From an uncultured Gemmatimonas sp. (GTDB taxonomy: Bacteria; Gemmatimonadota; Gemmatimonadetes; Gemmatimonadales; Gemmatimonadaceae): DNA of 62,780 nt. Below, in pieces: positions 28,839 through 37,795 of this stretch. A program made the position numbers and the translations under genes. Each line of letters opens with the position of its first letter. Positions within the stretch are counted from its first letter, which is position 1. The stretch is from assembly GCA_964586985.1 (NCBI GenBank), contig CAZPJX010000001.1:1-62780 (forward strand), read 5' to 3'. The notes under the pieces were generated by a model, which saw nothing but the letters and a program-made list of their open reading frames with translations, searched no databases and was not told the DNA's origin.

Positions 28839-30077
28839 GTGTCCTTTGTCACCGAATTTGCCCGACGCCGTCCCACGATCACGGCTCGGGTCCGTGGTAT
28901 CCCTGTTGGCGCGGGGTCGCCAGTGGTCGTGCAGTCGATGACCAACACGGATACCGCCGATGCGGCGGCAACCGCCGAACAGGTGGCGGCGTTGTACGAA
29001 GCTGGGTCGCAGATCGTCCGGATCACGGTCAACAACGACGAGGCCGCGATGGCGGTCCCGGAGATCCGTCAGCGCCTTGCGGATCGCGGATTGGATGTGC
29101 CCATCATCGGCGACTTCCACTACAACGGTCATCTGCTGCTCACGAAGTACCCGGCCGCTGCCGCCGCGCTGGACAAGTACCGCATCAATCCCGGTAACGT
29201 GGGGTCACGGCATCGGGACGCGAACTTCACCACGATCGTCCAGGCTGCCATCGACCACGACAAGCCCGTACGCATCGGGGTCAACTGGGGATCGCTCGAC
29301 CAGGACCTGCTCACCCAGATGATGGATGCCAATGCGTCATCGGCCACTCCGCGCGAGGCCAAGGACGTCTACATGGACGCCATGCTGGAGAGTGCCCTGC
29401 GTTCCGCAGCACTGGCCGAGGACGTGGGACTCGGACATGATCGGATCATTGTGAGCGCCAAGATCTCCGTCGTACCGGATCTGGTGGAGTGCTATCGTCG
29501 CCTTGCCGCGCGATGCGACTATCCGCTGCACCTCGGGTTGACCGAAGCGGGGATGGGCAACAAGGGCGTCATCGCGTCGACGGCCGCGCTGTCGATTCTA
29601 CTGGCCGAGGGCATCGGCGACACCATCCGGGTCTCCCTCACCCCCAAGCCCGGCGGCGATCGGCGCGAAGAGGTGTACGTCGCCCAACAGATCCTGCAGT
29701 CCCTTGGCCTGCGCGCGTTTGCGCCACAGGTGACGGCCTGCCCGGGCTGCGGACGGACAACAAGTTCGTTCTTTCAGCACATGGCCGAGGACATTCAGGG
29801 GTACCTGCACGAACAGATGCCCATCTGGCGGCAGTCCTATCCCGGTGTGGTCGACATGCAGGTCGCCGTCATGGGCTGTGTCGTGAACGGACCAGGCGAA
29901 TCCAAGCACGCCAACATCGGTATCTCCCTGCCTGGCACGTTCGAGGAACCCAAGGCACCTGTCTACGTGGACGGCAAGCTGTTCACCACGCTCAAGGGCG
30001 ATGCGATCGTCGCGGAGTTTCTCGTGATTCTCAACGAGTACGTGGAACGCCGCTACGGGCAGCTGTCCGTCGTCTGA
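28839..30077 (+). CDS. ispG: (E)-4-hydroxy-3-methylbut-2-enyl-diphosphate synthase
   Basis: [49 protein letters not shown] and GCVVNGPGE. Confidence 0.97.
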   Translation: MSFVTEFARRRPTITARVRGIPVGAGSPVVVQSMTNTDTADAAATAEQVAALYEAGSQIVRITVNNDEAAMAVPEIRQRLADRGLDVPIIGDFHYNGHLLLTKYPAAAAALDKYRINPGNVGSRHRDANFTTIVQAAIDHDKPVRIGVNWGSLDQDLLTQMMDANASSATPREAKDVYMDAMLESALRSAALAEDVGLGHDRIIVSAKISVVPDLVECYRRLAARCDYPLHLGLTEAGMGNKGVIASTAALSILLAEGIGDTIRVSLTPKPGGDRREEVYVAQQILQSLGLRAFAPQVTACPGCGRTTSSFFQHMAEDIQGYLHEQMPIWRQSYPGVVDMQVAVMGCVVNGPGESKHANIGISLPGTFEEPKAPVYVDGKLFTTLKGDAIVAEFLVILNEYVERRYGQLSVV

Positions 30078-30083
30078 GACCGC

Positions 30084-30680
30084 TCAGGCGTGCTCGAGAT
30101 CACGAGCTGCCGCTTCAAGTTCCGCCACGATGGGTGCATCGAAGCCGATCTCGCGGAGCCGGTCCGCCACGCGGCGATACCAGCGCACCGTCCCATCACG
30201 ACCCGCCGAAAAACGCCCCCAGACCGTTTCGGGAAATGCCGTCCGACGCAGGTCGGAAAGAATGCAGTTGGCATTGTGCACCTTGTCCGCAGCGCACACC
30301 CAGAGGGCGTCCTCGCTAGCGTGTCCAAGCCGCCGAAGGTAGTCGTCCTTCCGTTCATCCCAAGACAATTCGACGCCATCATTGTCGGTCCGCCGCGTGG
30401 TGACGGCAAGCACGACATCGAGCACGGCACTGCCGAACTTCCGTCCGATCCGCTCCTCCAGAATCTCCCGCGTCAATCCATCACGCACACCGTCCTCGAT
30501 GACGTCGTGCAGGATCCCGGACACGACAATCTCCTCGGAGCAACCGTAGCGAGTCAGGATGACCGCCACGTTGGCCGGGTGTGTGAGGTACGGGAGACGG
30601 GTTCCCTTCCGCACCTGTTGGTCGTGGTGCTTGGCTGCGAAGGCAAACGCGTGGTTGATGCGATCGGAGTACCCGGTCAT
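30084..30680 (-). CDS. HD domain protein, Mesh1/small alarmone hydrolase-like
   Basis: H..Q.RKG...PY..HP, LHDVIED and ADK.HN motifs of the SpoT-type hydrolase domain; no synthetase domain. Confidence 0.82.
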   Translation of the reverse strand: MTGYSDRINHAFAFAAKHHDQQVRKGTRLPYLTHPANVAVILTRYGCSEEIVVSGILHDVIEDGVRDGLTREILEERIGRKFGSAVLDVVLAVTTRRTDNDGVELSWDERKDDYLRRLGHASEDALWVCAADKVHNANCILSDLRRTAFPETVWGRFSAGRDGTVRWYRRVADRLREIGFDAPIVAELEAAARDLEHA

Positions 30681-30718
30681 GACCAGATCATTGGCGAAGG
30701 AGACTGGACATCGCGCGC

Positions 30719-31228
30719 TCAGGCGGGCGTGGGAACATACGTCGTGCGACGGAACCAGGCCACCATCTGTTCGAGGCCTCGCTGGTCTGTCTCGTCGAAG
30801 TCCTGCGGACGTTCGGAATCGATATCAAGCACCGCTATCAGGGCGTCCGTGGCATCAAAGACCGGGATGACGATTTCACTGCGGGAACGCGCATCGCAGG
30901 CAATATGCCCCGGGAACGCATGCACATCCGGCACGATGACGGTGCACGCTTCAGCCGCCGCCGTACCGCAGACACCGCGCCCGAACAGAATCTCCTGACA
31001 TCCCAGGGACCCTTGGTATGGCCCCACCCGGAGGAGCCGGCCGGGTTCCACCACGCGGTAGAAGCCCGTCCAGAGATGTCCGAAGGCGTGATGCAGCAGT
31101 GCACTGGTGGTGGCCATCCCGGCGATGGCATCCTCACTGCCATCGAGCACGAGATGCTGGATGGAGAGCAGCCTCGCATACGCCTCGTCACGCGGTGCGG
31201 AGCGCAAATCGGGAATGACGGGTTCCAT
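30719..31228 (-). CDS. GAF domain protein, free methionine-(R)-sulfoxide reductase-like
   Basis: WTGFY, GPYQG..GC, GRGVCG, FPGHIACD..S.SEIVIP and LDIDS. Confidence 0.85.
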   Translation of the reverse strand: MEPVIPDLRSAPRDEAYARLLSIQHLVLDGSEDAIAGMATTSALLHHAFGHLWTGFYRVVEPGRLLRVGPYQGSLGCQEILFGRGVCGTAAAEACTVIVPDVHAFPGHIACDARSRSEIVIPVFDATDALIAVLDIDSERPQDFDETDQRGLEQMVAWFRRTTYVPTPA

Positions 31229-31264
31229 GGGGAATCAGCAACGACGAGGTGAGTGCACCCTGCG

Positions 31265-31699
31265 TCAGCGGAGCGGCCCAATCGCCGCAACCAGCCGCAG
31301 ATCGAGTATGGCGAATGCAATGCCCTGCACGATCACCGCCACACCTGCCCCGACGGCACCCAGTCGGGGTCCCCAGCGCCATGCGGTCACCACGAGCGTC
31401 ATTCCCACGGCGACGTAGCCGACATCGAAGCCGGTGTTCAACCAGAGAATGTTGACCAGTTCCTGCATCCCCGCGTAATCCCGGGGCTCGAGACGGCGCA
31501 GGCTTCTGAACACCACGAGTGCCGTCAACGCGCCCCAGATGGCGGTCTGCAGTGCGAAATGGCGGAGCATCGCCGCAGTGGAACGCCGCCAGGCGAGCCA
31601 TGCAAACAGCATCACACCGGTACCCAGCGAAATGCCGGCCCACACCAGCAGTCGCTGCAGGTGCTCACGTTCCAACGCCAACAGCGTATCTGCCCACAT
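31265..31699 (-). CDS. Hypothetical multi-pass membrane protein
   Basis: About four hydrophobic helices; F..Q...WG, LN.G.DV.Y and QG..L..LD pattern. Confidence 0.65.
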   Translation of the reverse strand: MWADTLLALEREHLQRLLVWAGISLGTGVMLFAWLAWRRSTAAMLRHFALQTAIWGALTALVVFRSLRRLEPRDYAGMQELVNILWLNTGFDVGYVAVGMTLVVTAWRWGPRLGAVGAGVAVIVQGIAFAILDLRLVAAIGPLR

Positions 31700-31709
31700 G
31701 CCTCTGAGA

Positions 31710-33443
31710 CTAGCCGACGGACCTCGAGCCGACCAGCGGTCCGGTGTCCAGGGAAGCGCGAGGGAGGGCCTCCGCGTAGACGCCCGGCAATGTGCCGGTC
31801 CACATCACGACAGCACGCACCCGCCATCCGCTTGCCTGTGCCTGGCGGAGTGCTCGGCGCACCCACGCCAGGGGGGTCACCCCAAGACGAGCACAAAGGA
31901 CCACATCCGACATCGGTGCCGCCTCGGAAGGCCGCACCTGACCCCGCTGGCGATCGGCCACCAGCACGGCAAAATCGTACGACGCGAGTATGGTCTGGAG
32001 TTCCACCAGGGCGTGAGGCTCCGCAGTGTGATCCACATGTACTCCAAGCGGGGGTGCAACGGAGCGTGCCCGCACGAGATCCACAGCGGTATCAGGTCCC
32101 AACGGGATTGCCCGCCTGGTATCCCAGTGCCGCATGCGGGACGCCTCAGCGGGACGGTCGGCGCGCTCGAATGCCGAGAACGGGAGGAGCGCTCGCAGCG
32201 GGCCACCACGTTCGGTGAGATCCACCAGCGCCGTTTCGCGTGACTCCCGCGCCGCGACGGTGGCCAGATGCACACCGACCGCCGCCGCAATCATCGGCTG
32301 ATCGCAGAGGATTTGCACGACGCGAGGCATGTCGCCCACGTGCGTCAACGAGAGGTGAAGCAACGGCCAGGCATCCCCTCCGGTCTGGCGACGGGCTCGA
32401 TGCACGATGACGCGTGTTCCGGTCAACGCGGCCAACTCCTGTGCATCACCCACCGTGGGCCACCGCAGTTCTCGCCACAGGGCAACGCCAAACCCCGCAC
32501 CGATGCCAAGCACCAGCGACGCCAGCAACGCGGCTACCGGTGGTATGGTCATCACAAACCGATCCCGCACCACCGCACGCGCGGCGACGACGTCCCCGTT
32601 GAAGAGTCGAGCAGCGCCAAGCAGGGAGTCCGCGTACTGCGCGGCCTGCGTGGCATCCCGCAGGGCCAGGGCGAGCACGGAATCAACATGGAGATCACGG
32701 CCATCCGCTGCGACCGGATTGCTGCGCAGCGAGTGCTGGGGTTCCGCTTCGGACGCCCGAAGGTGTTGTGCACCCAGGACAAGCAGACGGTCGCCCAGAT
32801 TGGTGAGGCGGGCCGTGAGCGCAGCATAGCGCGCGTCGGGGCCTCCGAGTGCGGCATAGGCCTCACGCTCTCGATGCACCTGTTCGATCGAATCCAGGAT
32901 CGTCCGCGCCACCGCGTCATTGCGCAGGACGGTCTCGGTCACGAGCGCCTGGTAGCTCTCCACGAGCGGCGCTTGCCGCGCGCGTGCGAGCGCGTGTTCC
33001 AGTGCACGCCCCTCCAGTGCACGCCCCTCCAGTGCACGCCTCTCCGGTGTGATGATCGCAGGTACGGCCGCACCTGGTACACGCACGGTCATCGTATCCG
33101 ATGGGACGTCGGCTGATGTCGCGAAGCCGGATGCGTCCACAACACTGGCCGCGCTGGGCACCAACGCAGCGGCCCGGAGGCTATCGGAGAGGGTCTGGAG
33201 CGACTCCCGCTGTGCCACCGCCACCCGACGTGCCGCCAGCAAGGCTTGTGTGTCGCGTGGGGCCGGCAGCATCTGCAATGCCGACGCCAACGCCCGATCG
33301 ACCTGCCGTGGTGCGAGCACGAAGGTCAGCAGCGCAACCAGTGTCACCAGACAGCTGATGGCACCGATGAGCAGGCCGTGGCGAACCGCGTTTCGCGTGC
33401 GCGCCGCCAACCAGCGCGCGCGCATCGGATGATCAGAAGACAC
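31710..33443 (-). CDS. Hypothetical membrane protein with Wzz/Wzc-like topology and degenerate BY-kinase-like C-terminus
   Basis: TM - large helical domain - TM, then ALVDL, YDFAVL and DVVLCARLGVTP segments; no Walker A motif. Confidence 0.5.
   Translation of the reverse strand: MSSDHPMRARWLAARTRNAVRHGLLIGAISCLVTLVALLTFVLAPRQVDRALASALQMLPAPRDTQALLAARRVAVAQRESLQTLSDSLRAAALVPSAASVVDASGFATSADVPSDTMTVRVPGAAVPAIITPERRALEGRALEGRALEHALARARQAPLVESYQALVTETVLRNDAVARTILDSIEQVHREREAYAALGGPDARYAALTARLTNLGDRLLVLGAQHLRASEAEPQHSLRSNPVAADGRDLHVDSVLALALRDATQAAQYADSLLGAARLFNGDVVAARAVVRDRFVMTIPPVAALLASLVLGIGAGFGVALWRELRWPTVGDAQELAALTGTRVIVHRARRQTGGDAWPLLHLSLTHVGDMPRVVQILCDQPMIAAAVGVHLATVAARESRETALVDLTERGGPLRALLPFSAFERADRPAEASRMRHWDTRRAIPLGPDTAVDLVRARSVAPPLGVHVDHTAEPHALVELQTILASYDFAVLVADRQRGQVRPSEAAPMSDVVLCARLGVTPLAWVRRALRQAQASGWRVRAVVMWTGTLPGVYAEALPRASLDTGPLVGSRSVG
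32998..33045. repeat. 15-bp tandem repeat x3 (encodes RALEG-RALEG-RALEH on the minus strand)
   Basis: TCCAGTGCACGCCCC x2 followed by TCCAGTGCACGCCTC. Confidence 0.9.
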
Positions 33444-33456
33444 GTCCTAACGAACA

Positions 33457-33485
33457 CGGGGGCTGGCGCATTGCGCCAGCCCCCG
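33457..33485 (-). terminator. Hairpin downstream of the blue-copper gene
   Basis: CGGGGGCTGGCGCA-T-TGCGCCAGCCCCCG, followed by TGTT on the minus strand. Confidence 0.7.
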
Positions 33486-33509
33486 CTGTCCTGCAGAACG
33501 CGATCCAAA

Positions 33510-34001
33510 TTACTGGACCGTGACCTTGCCCTTCATGTTCATCGCGAGGTGCGGCGTGCAGTTGAACTCGTACGTGCCAGCCGGGACACCCGCGAACGAG
33601 ATCGTGTAGCTCTCACCCGCGTTCAGCAGCATCTTGCCGGAGAGCTCGCCCATCTGCTCGGGCATATTCGCCAGCAGCACCGCCTTCACGTCGGCCGGAA
33701 GCAGCGCGGGGTCAAACGCCACGTTGTGCGGAGCGCCGCTGACCATGTTGAACTTGATGCCGTCGCCGGCCTTGATCGTGATATCGGACGGCACGAAATG
33801 ATATCCCTTCTCGTCGCCGACCATGTTGATTTCATGAATCTGACCCGTGATCGGCGCAGCTGCTGCCGGCGCTGCTGCCGGCGCTGCCGCCGGAGCCGCT
33901 GCGGGGGCCGCCGCTGAATCCGTCGTCGCCGTCTCACCACCACCGCACGCGCCAAGCATGATCGCCGCGCCGGTCACCACCGCAAAGCCGAGAAACCGCA
34001 T
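33510..34001 (-). CDS. Plastocyanin/azurin family type-1 blue copper lipoprotein
   Basis: Lipobox LGAC, (PAAA)n tether, PHNV, and C-terminal CTPHLAMNM.G giving Cys/His/Met copper ligands. Confidence 0.92.
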   Translation of the reverse strand: MRFLGFAVVTGAAIMLGACGGGETATTDSAAAPAAAPAAAPAAAPAAAAPITGQIHEINMVGDEKGYHFVPSDITIKAGDGIKFNMVSGAPHNVAFDPALLPADVKAVLLANMPEQMGELSGKMLLNAGESYTISFAGVPAGTYEFNCTPHLAMNMKGKVTVQ

Positions 34002-34093
34002 GTCGAAAGGCCTCCAGAGCCTGATCGAGATATTTCCGTTCTACAGGACCGTTCTGACAGGACGTGTACCTGTGCTCACAGCGCTTGTGAGCC

Positions 34094-34111
34094 TTGTGAA
34101 GTTATTCACGA
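34094..34111. promoter_or_regulatory. Rex-like operator (alternatively CRP/FNR-family site)
   Basis: TTGTGAA-GTTA-TTCACGA, one mismatch from TTGTGAA-N4-TTCACAA; about 93 bp upstream of the blue-copper start. Confidence 0.6.
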
Positions 34112-34147
34112 GCCCTGTAGGCGCCAAGTCCCCACCTCATCACCATC

Positions 34148-34176
34148 TTGACGTGTCCACATTGGCCCGCTAGCCT
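34148..34176 (+). promoter_or_regulatory. sigma70-like promoter of the his operon
   Basis: TTGACG-N17-TAGCCT, 10 bp upstream of the leader ATG. Confidence 0.7.
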
Positions 34177-34186
34177 CACCCGGTAC

Positions 34187-34282
34187 ATGTCTACACTGCG
34201 CCAGCACCACCATCACGCACATCATGGCCACGGCCCGACGGGTCGGGGGTGGTCTGTGCATGTCGTGGTAGACAGCCGGTAA
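34187..34282 (+). CDS. hisL: his operon leader peptide (31 aa)
   Basis: Hand translation: MSTLRQHHHHAHHGHGPTGRGWSVHVVVDSR*, directly upstream of a terminator and hisG. Confidence 0.88.
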   Translation: MSTLRQHHHHAHHGHGPTGRGWSVHVVVDSR

Positions 34283-34309
34283 GGCGTCCAGACATTCGCA
34301 GGCTCCTCG

Positions 34310-34339
34310 GGCCCGTCCTTTTCAGGACGGGCCTTTTTT
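34310..34339 (+). terminator. his attenuator terminator
   Basis: GGCCCGTCCT-TTTC-AGGACGGGCC-TTTTTT. Its 5' arm is complementary to leader segment GACGGGTC (34237-34244). Confidence 0.88.
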
Positions 34340-34385
34340 CGTTGGTGCCACCCGTGTTTTTCGTTTTCAGGAATACCATATCCAC

Positions 34386-35264
34386 ATGCTACGCATTGCG
34401 TTACCCAATAAGGGCCGCCTAGCCGAAGAGACCCGGGAACTGTTCAACGATGCTGGGCTCGAGGTTCGATCGGCGGGCGAGCGGGCCCTGTCCGCATCGC
34501 TCGGCGGGGAGTTCGAGGCCATCTTCGTCCGCGCTCAGGATATCCCGGAGTTCGTGGCCGATGGAGCCGCCGACGTGGGCGTGACCGGGTGGGACCTGGT
34601 CAGCGAGTCGGGACGACCCGTGGTTACGCACCTGGATCTGGGTTTCGGCCGCTGCCGATTGGTCGTGGCAGCCCGTGAGGAATCCGGAGTCCGCTCCCTG
34701 GCAGACCTCGCCCGCCAGGGAGCACCGATGCGGGTGGCTACCGTATTCCCCGCCATCACCCGCCGATTCTTCGCCGATGCAGGCGTGAGGGTGGAGGTCG
34801 TGCCGGTGTCGGGCGCTGCAGAAATCGCCCCCCACCTCGGCATCGCCGACGTCGTTGTCGATCTCACCTCCACGGGTTCGACCCTGCGCATGAATGGACT
34901 CCGCGAGATCGACACCGTGTTGCGCTCGAGTGCCCAGCTCATCACCGCCGACGGCGGACCTCGCCACGGTGACACAGCCCGACAACGGGAGCTCGACGAT
35001 CTCGTCACCGCACTCGCGTCGGTGATCCGCGCACGCGGTCAGCGCTATCTCATGGCCAACATCCCACGCACGGCCCTCGATACCGTGCGCGCGATATTGC
35101 CGGGACTCAATGGCCCCACCGTCATCGATATCGCGGACCATGGGCGTTACGTCGCGGTGCATGCCGTGGTCAGCGCCGACACGATCTACCGCACAATCTC
35201 CCAGCTGCGCGCACTCGGCGGTGAGGGCATTCTCGTGACGCGCATCGAGCGCCTCGTGCCATGA
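34386..35264 (+). CDS. hisG: ATP phosphoribosyltransferase (long form)
   Basis: IALPNKGRL, R.QDIP, G.TG.D, DLTSTGSTLR and C-terminal regulatory domain (PGLNGPTV). Confidence 0.95.
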   Translation: MLRIALPNKGRLAEETRELFNDAGLEVRSAGERALSASLGGEFEAIFVRAQDIPEFVADGAADVGVTGWDLVSESGRPVVTHLDLGFGRCRLVVAAREESGVRSLADLARQGAPMRVATVFPAITRRFFADAGVRVEVVPVSGAAEIAPHLGIADVVVDLTSTGSTLRMNGLREIDTVLRSSAQLITADGGPRHGDTARQRELDDLVTALASVIRARGQRYLMANIPRTALDTVRAILPGLNGPTVIDIADHGRYVAVHAVVSADTIYRTISQLRALGGEGILVTRIERLVP

Positions 35265-37795
35265 CCGCAGCGATCGATACCGCGCCGCCGCTGCTGCGCG
35301 CACGAGGACAGTGGGATACGCTCGACCCCACCACACGTCGCGCAATCGAGGATCGATCATCCAGCACCACCCCGATGATTCGCGAACGCACGCGATCCGT
35401 CATCGATGCGGTGCGTCTCCGGGGTGATGACGCGTTGCGGGAATTCGCGCGCGATCTGGACGGCGTCGCGCTCAGTACCCTCGAGGTGCCGCGCAGCGAA
35501 TGGGAGGAGGCGCTATCTCACCTGGAGCCGACACTGCGGCGTGCGCTCGAGCGGGCGGCACGCAATATCGCCGCAGTACATCGCGATTTCCTGCCAGCGA
35601 CCACCCGTAGCACGCCCGAGCCGGGAGTCACCATTGTCCGGCGCCCCGATCCCCTGGCTCGCGTGGGGATCTATGCACCGGGGGGTCGTGCAGCGTATCC
35701 AAGCTCCCTGCTCATGGGCGCCATTCCCGCCCGGGTGGCCGGTGTGGGAGAAATCATCGTCTGCTCCCCACCAGGACCATCCGGCCGCCCCGCAGACATC
35801 GTACTTGCCGCCGCGGCATTGGCGAATGCAGATCGGGTCTTCGCACTCGGTGGTGCGGGTGCCATCGCCGCCATGGCGCTCGGGACTGTTTCGGTGCCCC
35901 GTGTCGATCGCATCATGGGACCCGGCAATGCCTACGTCGCGGAGGCGAAGCAGCAGCTCATGTCGTCGGTGCCAATCGACGCACCGGCAGGGCCAAGCGA
36001 GTTGCTGGTGCTGGTCGAAGAGCATATGGACGAGACCGACAGCCATGAACCGCGTCACGACGCAAGTGGCCACGCACATGATGCCTCGAATGACACATCG
36101 CGTGCAGAGGTCATCGCGCGCGAACTGCTGGCCCAGGCAGAGCATGATCCCGATGCGGCCGTGCTGGTCGTAATTATCTCCGAGCATCAGTCTTCACCGC
36201 TGGCAACGCGCATAGAAATGGCCGTGACAGCGCAGCTCGCACGGGCACCCCGCGCCGAGGTGATCCGCGCGGCACTCGCTGCGCGAGGGGGTATCGTGCA
36301 GGTGCGTTCACTGGAACAAGGGATTGCACTCGCAAACCAGTGGGCACCCGAGCACCTCCTGCTCATGGTGCACGCCGCGGTTCGCGACCAGACCCTCGCC
36401 GCGCTGCGCAATGTCGGCACGATCTGTCTTGGGGCATCAAGTTCCGTGGCCTTCGGCGACTATATGACGGGCGCCAATCACGTTCTGCCCACGGCGGGCG
36501 CCGCACGTCGCTACTCCGGACTCTCCACACTCGATTTCTTCCGGTGGACCACCTGGCAGGAAGTCACGCCGGCAGCCGCGGCGACTCTCGCTCCCGATGT
36601 GGCATGCCTCGCCGACGCAGAGGGACTTCCGGCACATGCGGCAGCGGCCGCTGCACATCGTCCGGGCCGTACCGCTTCCAACCGCGCGGCGCAGAATCAC
36701 AGGGCCGACATCGGTGGCGCGGCTGCCGGTTCGATCCCCAGCCGTCTGCCGTTCGGTCGCGCCATCTATGATGACATCCCCCTGTACGATCCACGGCGCG
36801 CACCGGTCGCGCTCGATCTGACAGACAACACCAATCTCTGGGGCATGCCGCCGGTTGCCGAGCAAGTTTGGCGGGACATGTCGGCCTCGCGGGTAACCCG
36901 GTACCCGTCGCTGTACACCGCCGAACTCAAGGCAGCACTGGCGTCCTATGTGAACGCCACGGCCGACCAGCTCGTGACCGGGTGCGGATCAGATGATATC
37001 CTCGATAGCGCCATGCGCGCCTTCGGCGAACCGGGGTCCGTGGTTGCAGGCAGTGAGCCGTCCTTCGCGATGATTCCCCTGTTCGCCCGCATGAATGGAC
37101 TACGATATGCGGGTGTTCCCGAACGCATCGATCACCAACCCGATCTCGATGCCTTGTTGGCCACGCGCCCGCGCATCCTGTATCTCTGCTCGCCGAATAA
37201 CCCCACGGGAACACTATTGTCGCGCGATCTGCTCGAACGGGCGGTCCGGGACACACCCGGTGTCGTGATTCTCGATGAAGCCTACGCGGAGTTCTCAGGA
37301 GTGTCGGCCGCGCAACTTGCACTGGACGTGGAGAACCTGCTCGTCATCCGGACCATGTCGAAGGCCTTCGGCCTGGCTGGCCTGCGCATTGGCTATGCGG
37401 TGGGTGCACCAACGCTTGTGCGCGACGTCGAAAAGTCACGCGGCCCTTACAAGGTGAATGCGCCGGCCGAACAGGCCGCGCTCGCCGCGCTACGTCACGA
37501 TATCCCCTGGGTGGAGAAGCATGTGGCTCAGGCCGTAGACAATCGTGACCGCCTCGCGCGAGCACTTGCGCTACGTGGCTATTCCCCTGTGCCGTCCCAT
37601 GCCAACTTCGTGTGCGTACCGGTCCCCCAGGCGGTAGCCGTCAATCAGGCGCTCCGTGCTCGTGGGGTCGCGGTCCGCCCATTCGAGGCGTTGCCGCATG
37701 TCGGAGACACACTCCGCATTACCGTTGGCCCGTGGACGATGCTCGAACAGTTCCTGACCGCCTTTGATGATGCGGTCCGCGAGGTGAATGGCTGA
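35261..37795 (+). CDS. hisDC: Fused histidinol dehydrogenase / histidinol-phosphate aminotransferase (HisD-HisC)
   Basis: HisD motifs (GIYAPGG..AYPSS, GPGNAYV, AGPSE, QAEH, APEHL, GDY..G.NHVLPT), then HisC motifs (GSDD, CSPNNPTG, DEAY.EF, RTMSKAFGLAGLRIGY) in one 844-aa frame. Confidence 0.9.
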   Translation: MTAAIDTAPPLLRARGQWDTLDPTTRRAIEDRSSSTTPMIRERTRSVIDAVRLRGDDALREFARDLDGVALSTLEVPRSEWEEALSHLEPTLRRALERAARNIAAVHRDFLPATTRSTPEPGVTIVRRPDPLARVGIYAPGGRAAYPSSLLMGAIPARVAGVGEIIVCSPPGPSGRPADIVLAAAALANADRVFALGGAGAIAAMALGTVSVPRVDRIMGPGNAYVAEAKQQLMSSVPIDAPAGPSELLVLVEEHMDETDSHEPRHDASGHAHDASNDTSRAEVIARELLAQAEHDPDAAVLVVIISEHQSSPLATRIEMAVTAQLARAPRAEVIRAALAARGGIVQVRSLEQGIALANQWAPEHLLLMVHAAVRDQTLAALRNVGTICLGASSSVAFGDYMTGANHVLPTAGAARRYSGLSTLDFFRWTTWQEVTPAAAATLAPDVACLADAEGLPAHAAAAAAHRPGRTASNRAAQNHRADIGGAAAGSIPSRLPFGRAIYDDIPLYDPRRAPVALDLTDNTNLWGMPPVAEQVWRDMSASRVTRYPSLYTAELKAALASYVNATADQLVTGCGSDDILDSAMRAFGEPGSVVAGSEPSFAMIPLFARMNGLRYAGVPERIDHQPDLDALLATRPRILYLCSPNNPTGTLLSRDLLERAVRDTPGVVILDEAYAEFSGVSAAQLALDVENLLVIRTMSKAFGLAGLRIGYAVGAPTLVRDVEKSRGPYKVNAPAEQAALAALRHDIPWVEKHVAQAVDNRDRLARALALRGYSPVPSHANFVCVPVPQAVAVNQALRARGVAVRPFEALPHVGDTLRITVGPWTMLEQFLTAFDDAVREVNG

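Noticed and set aside
33855-33915. 12-bp GC-rich quasi-repeats in the blue-copper gene
   Set aside because: They are explained by the (PAAA)n flexible linker and are not a separate element.
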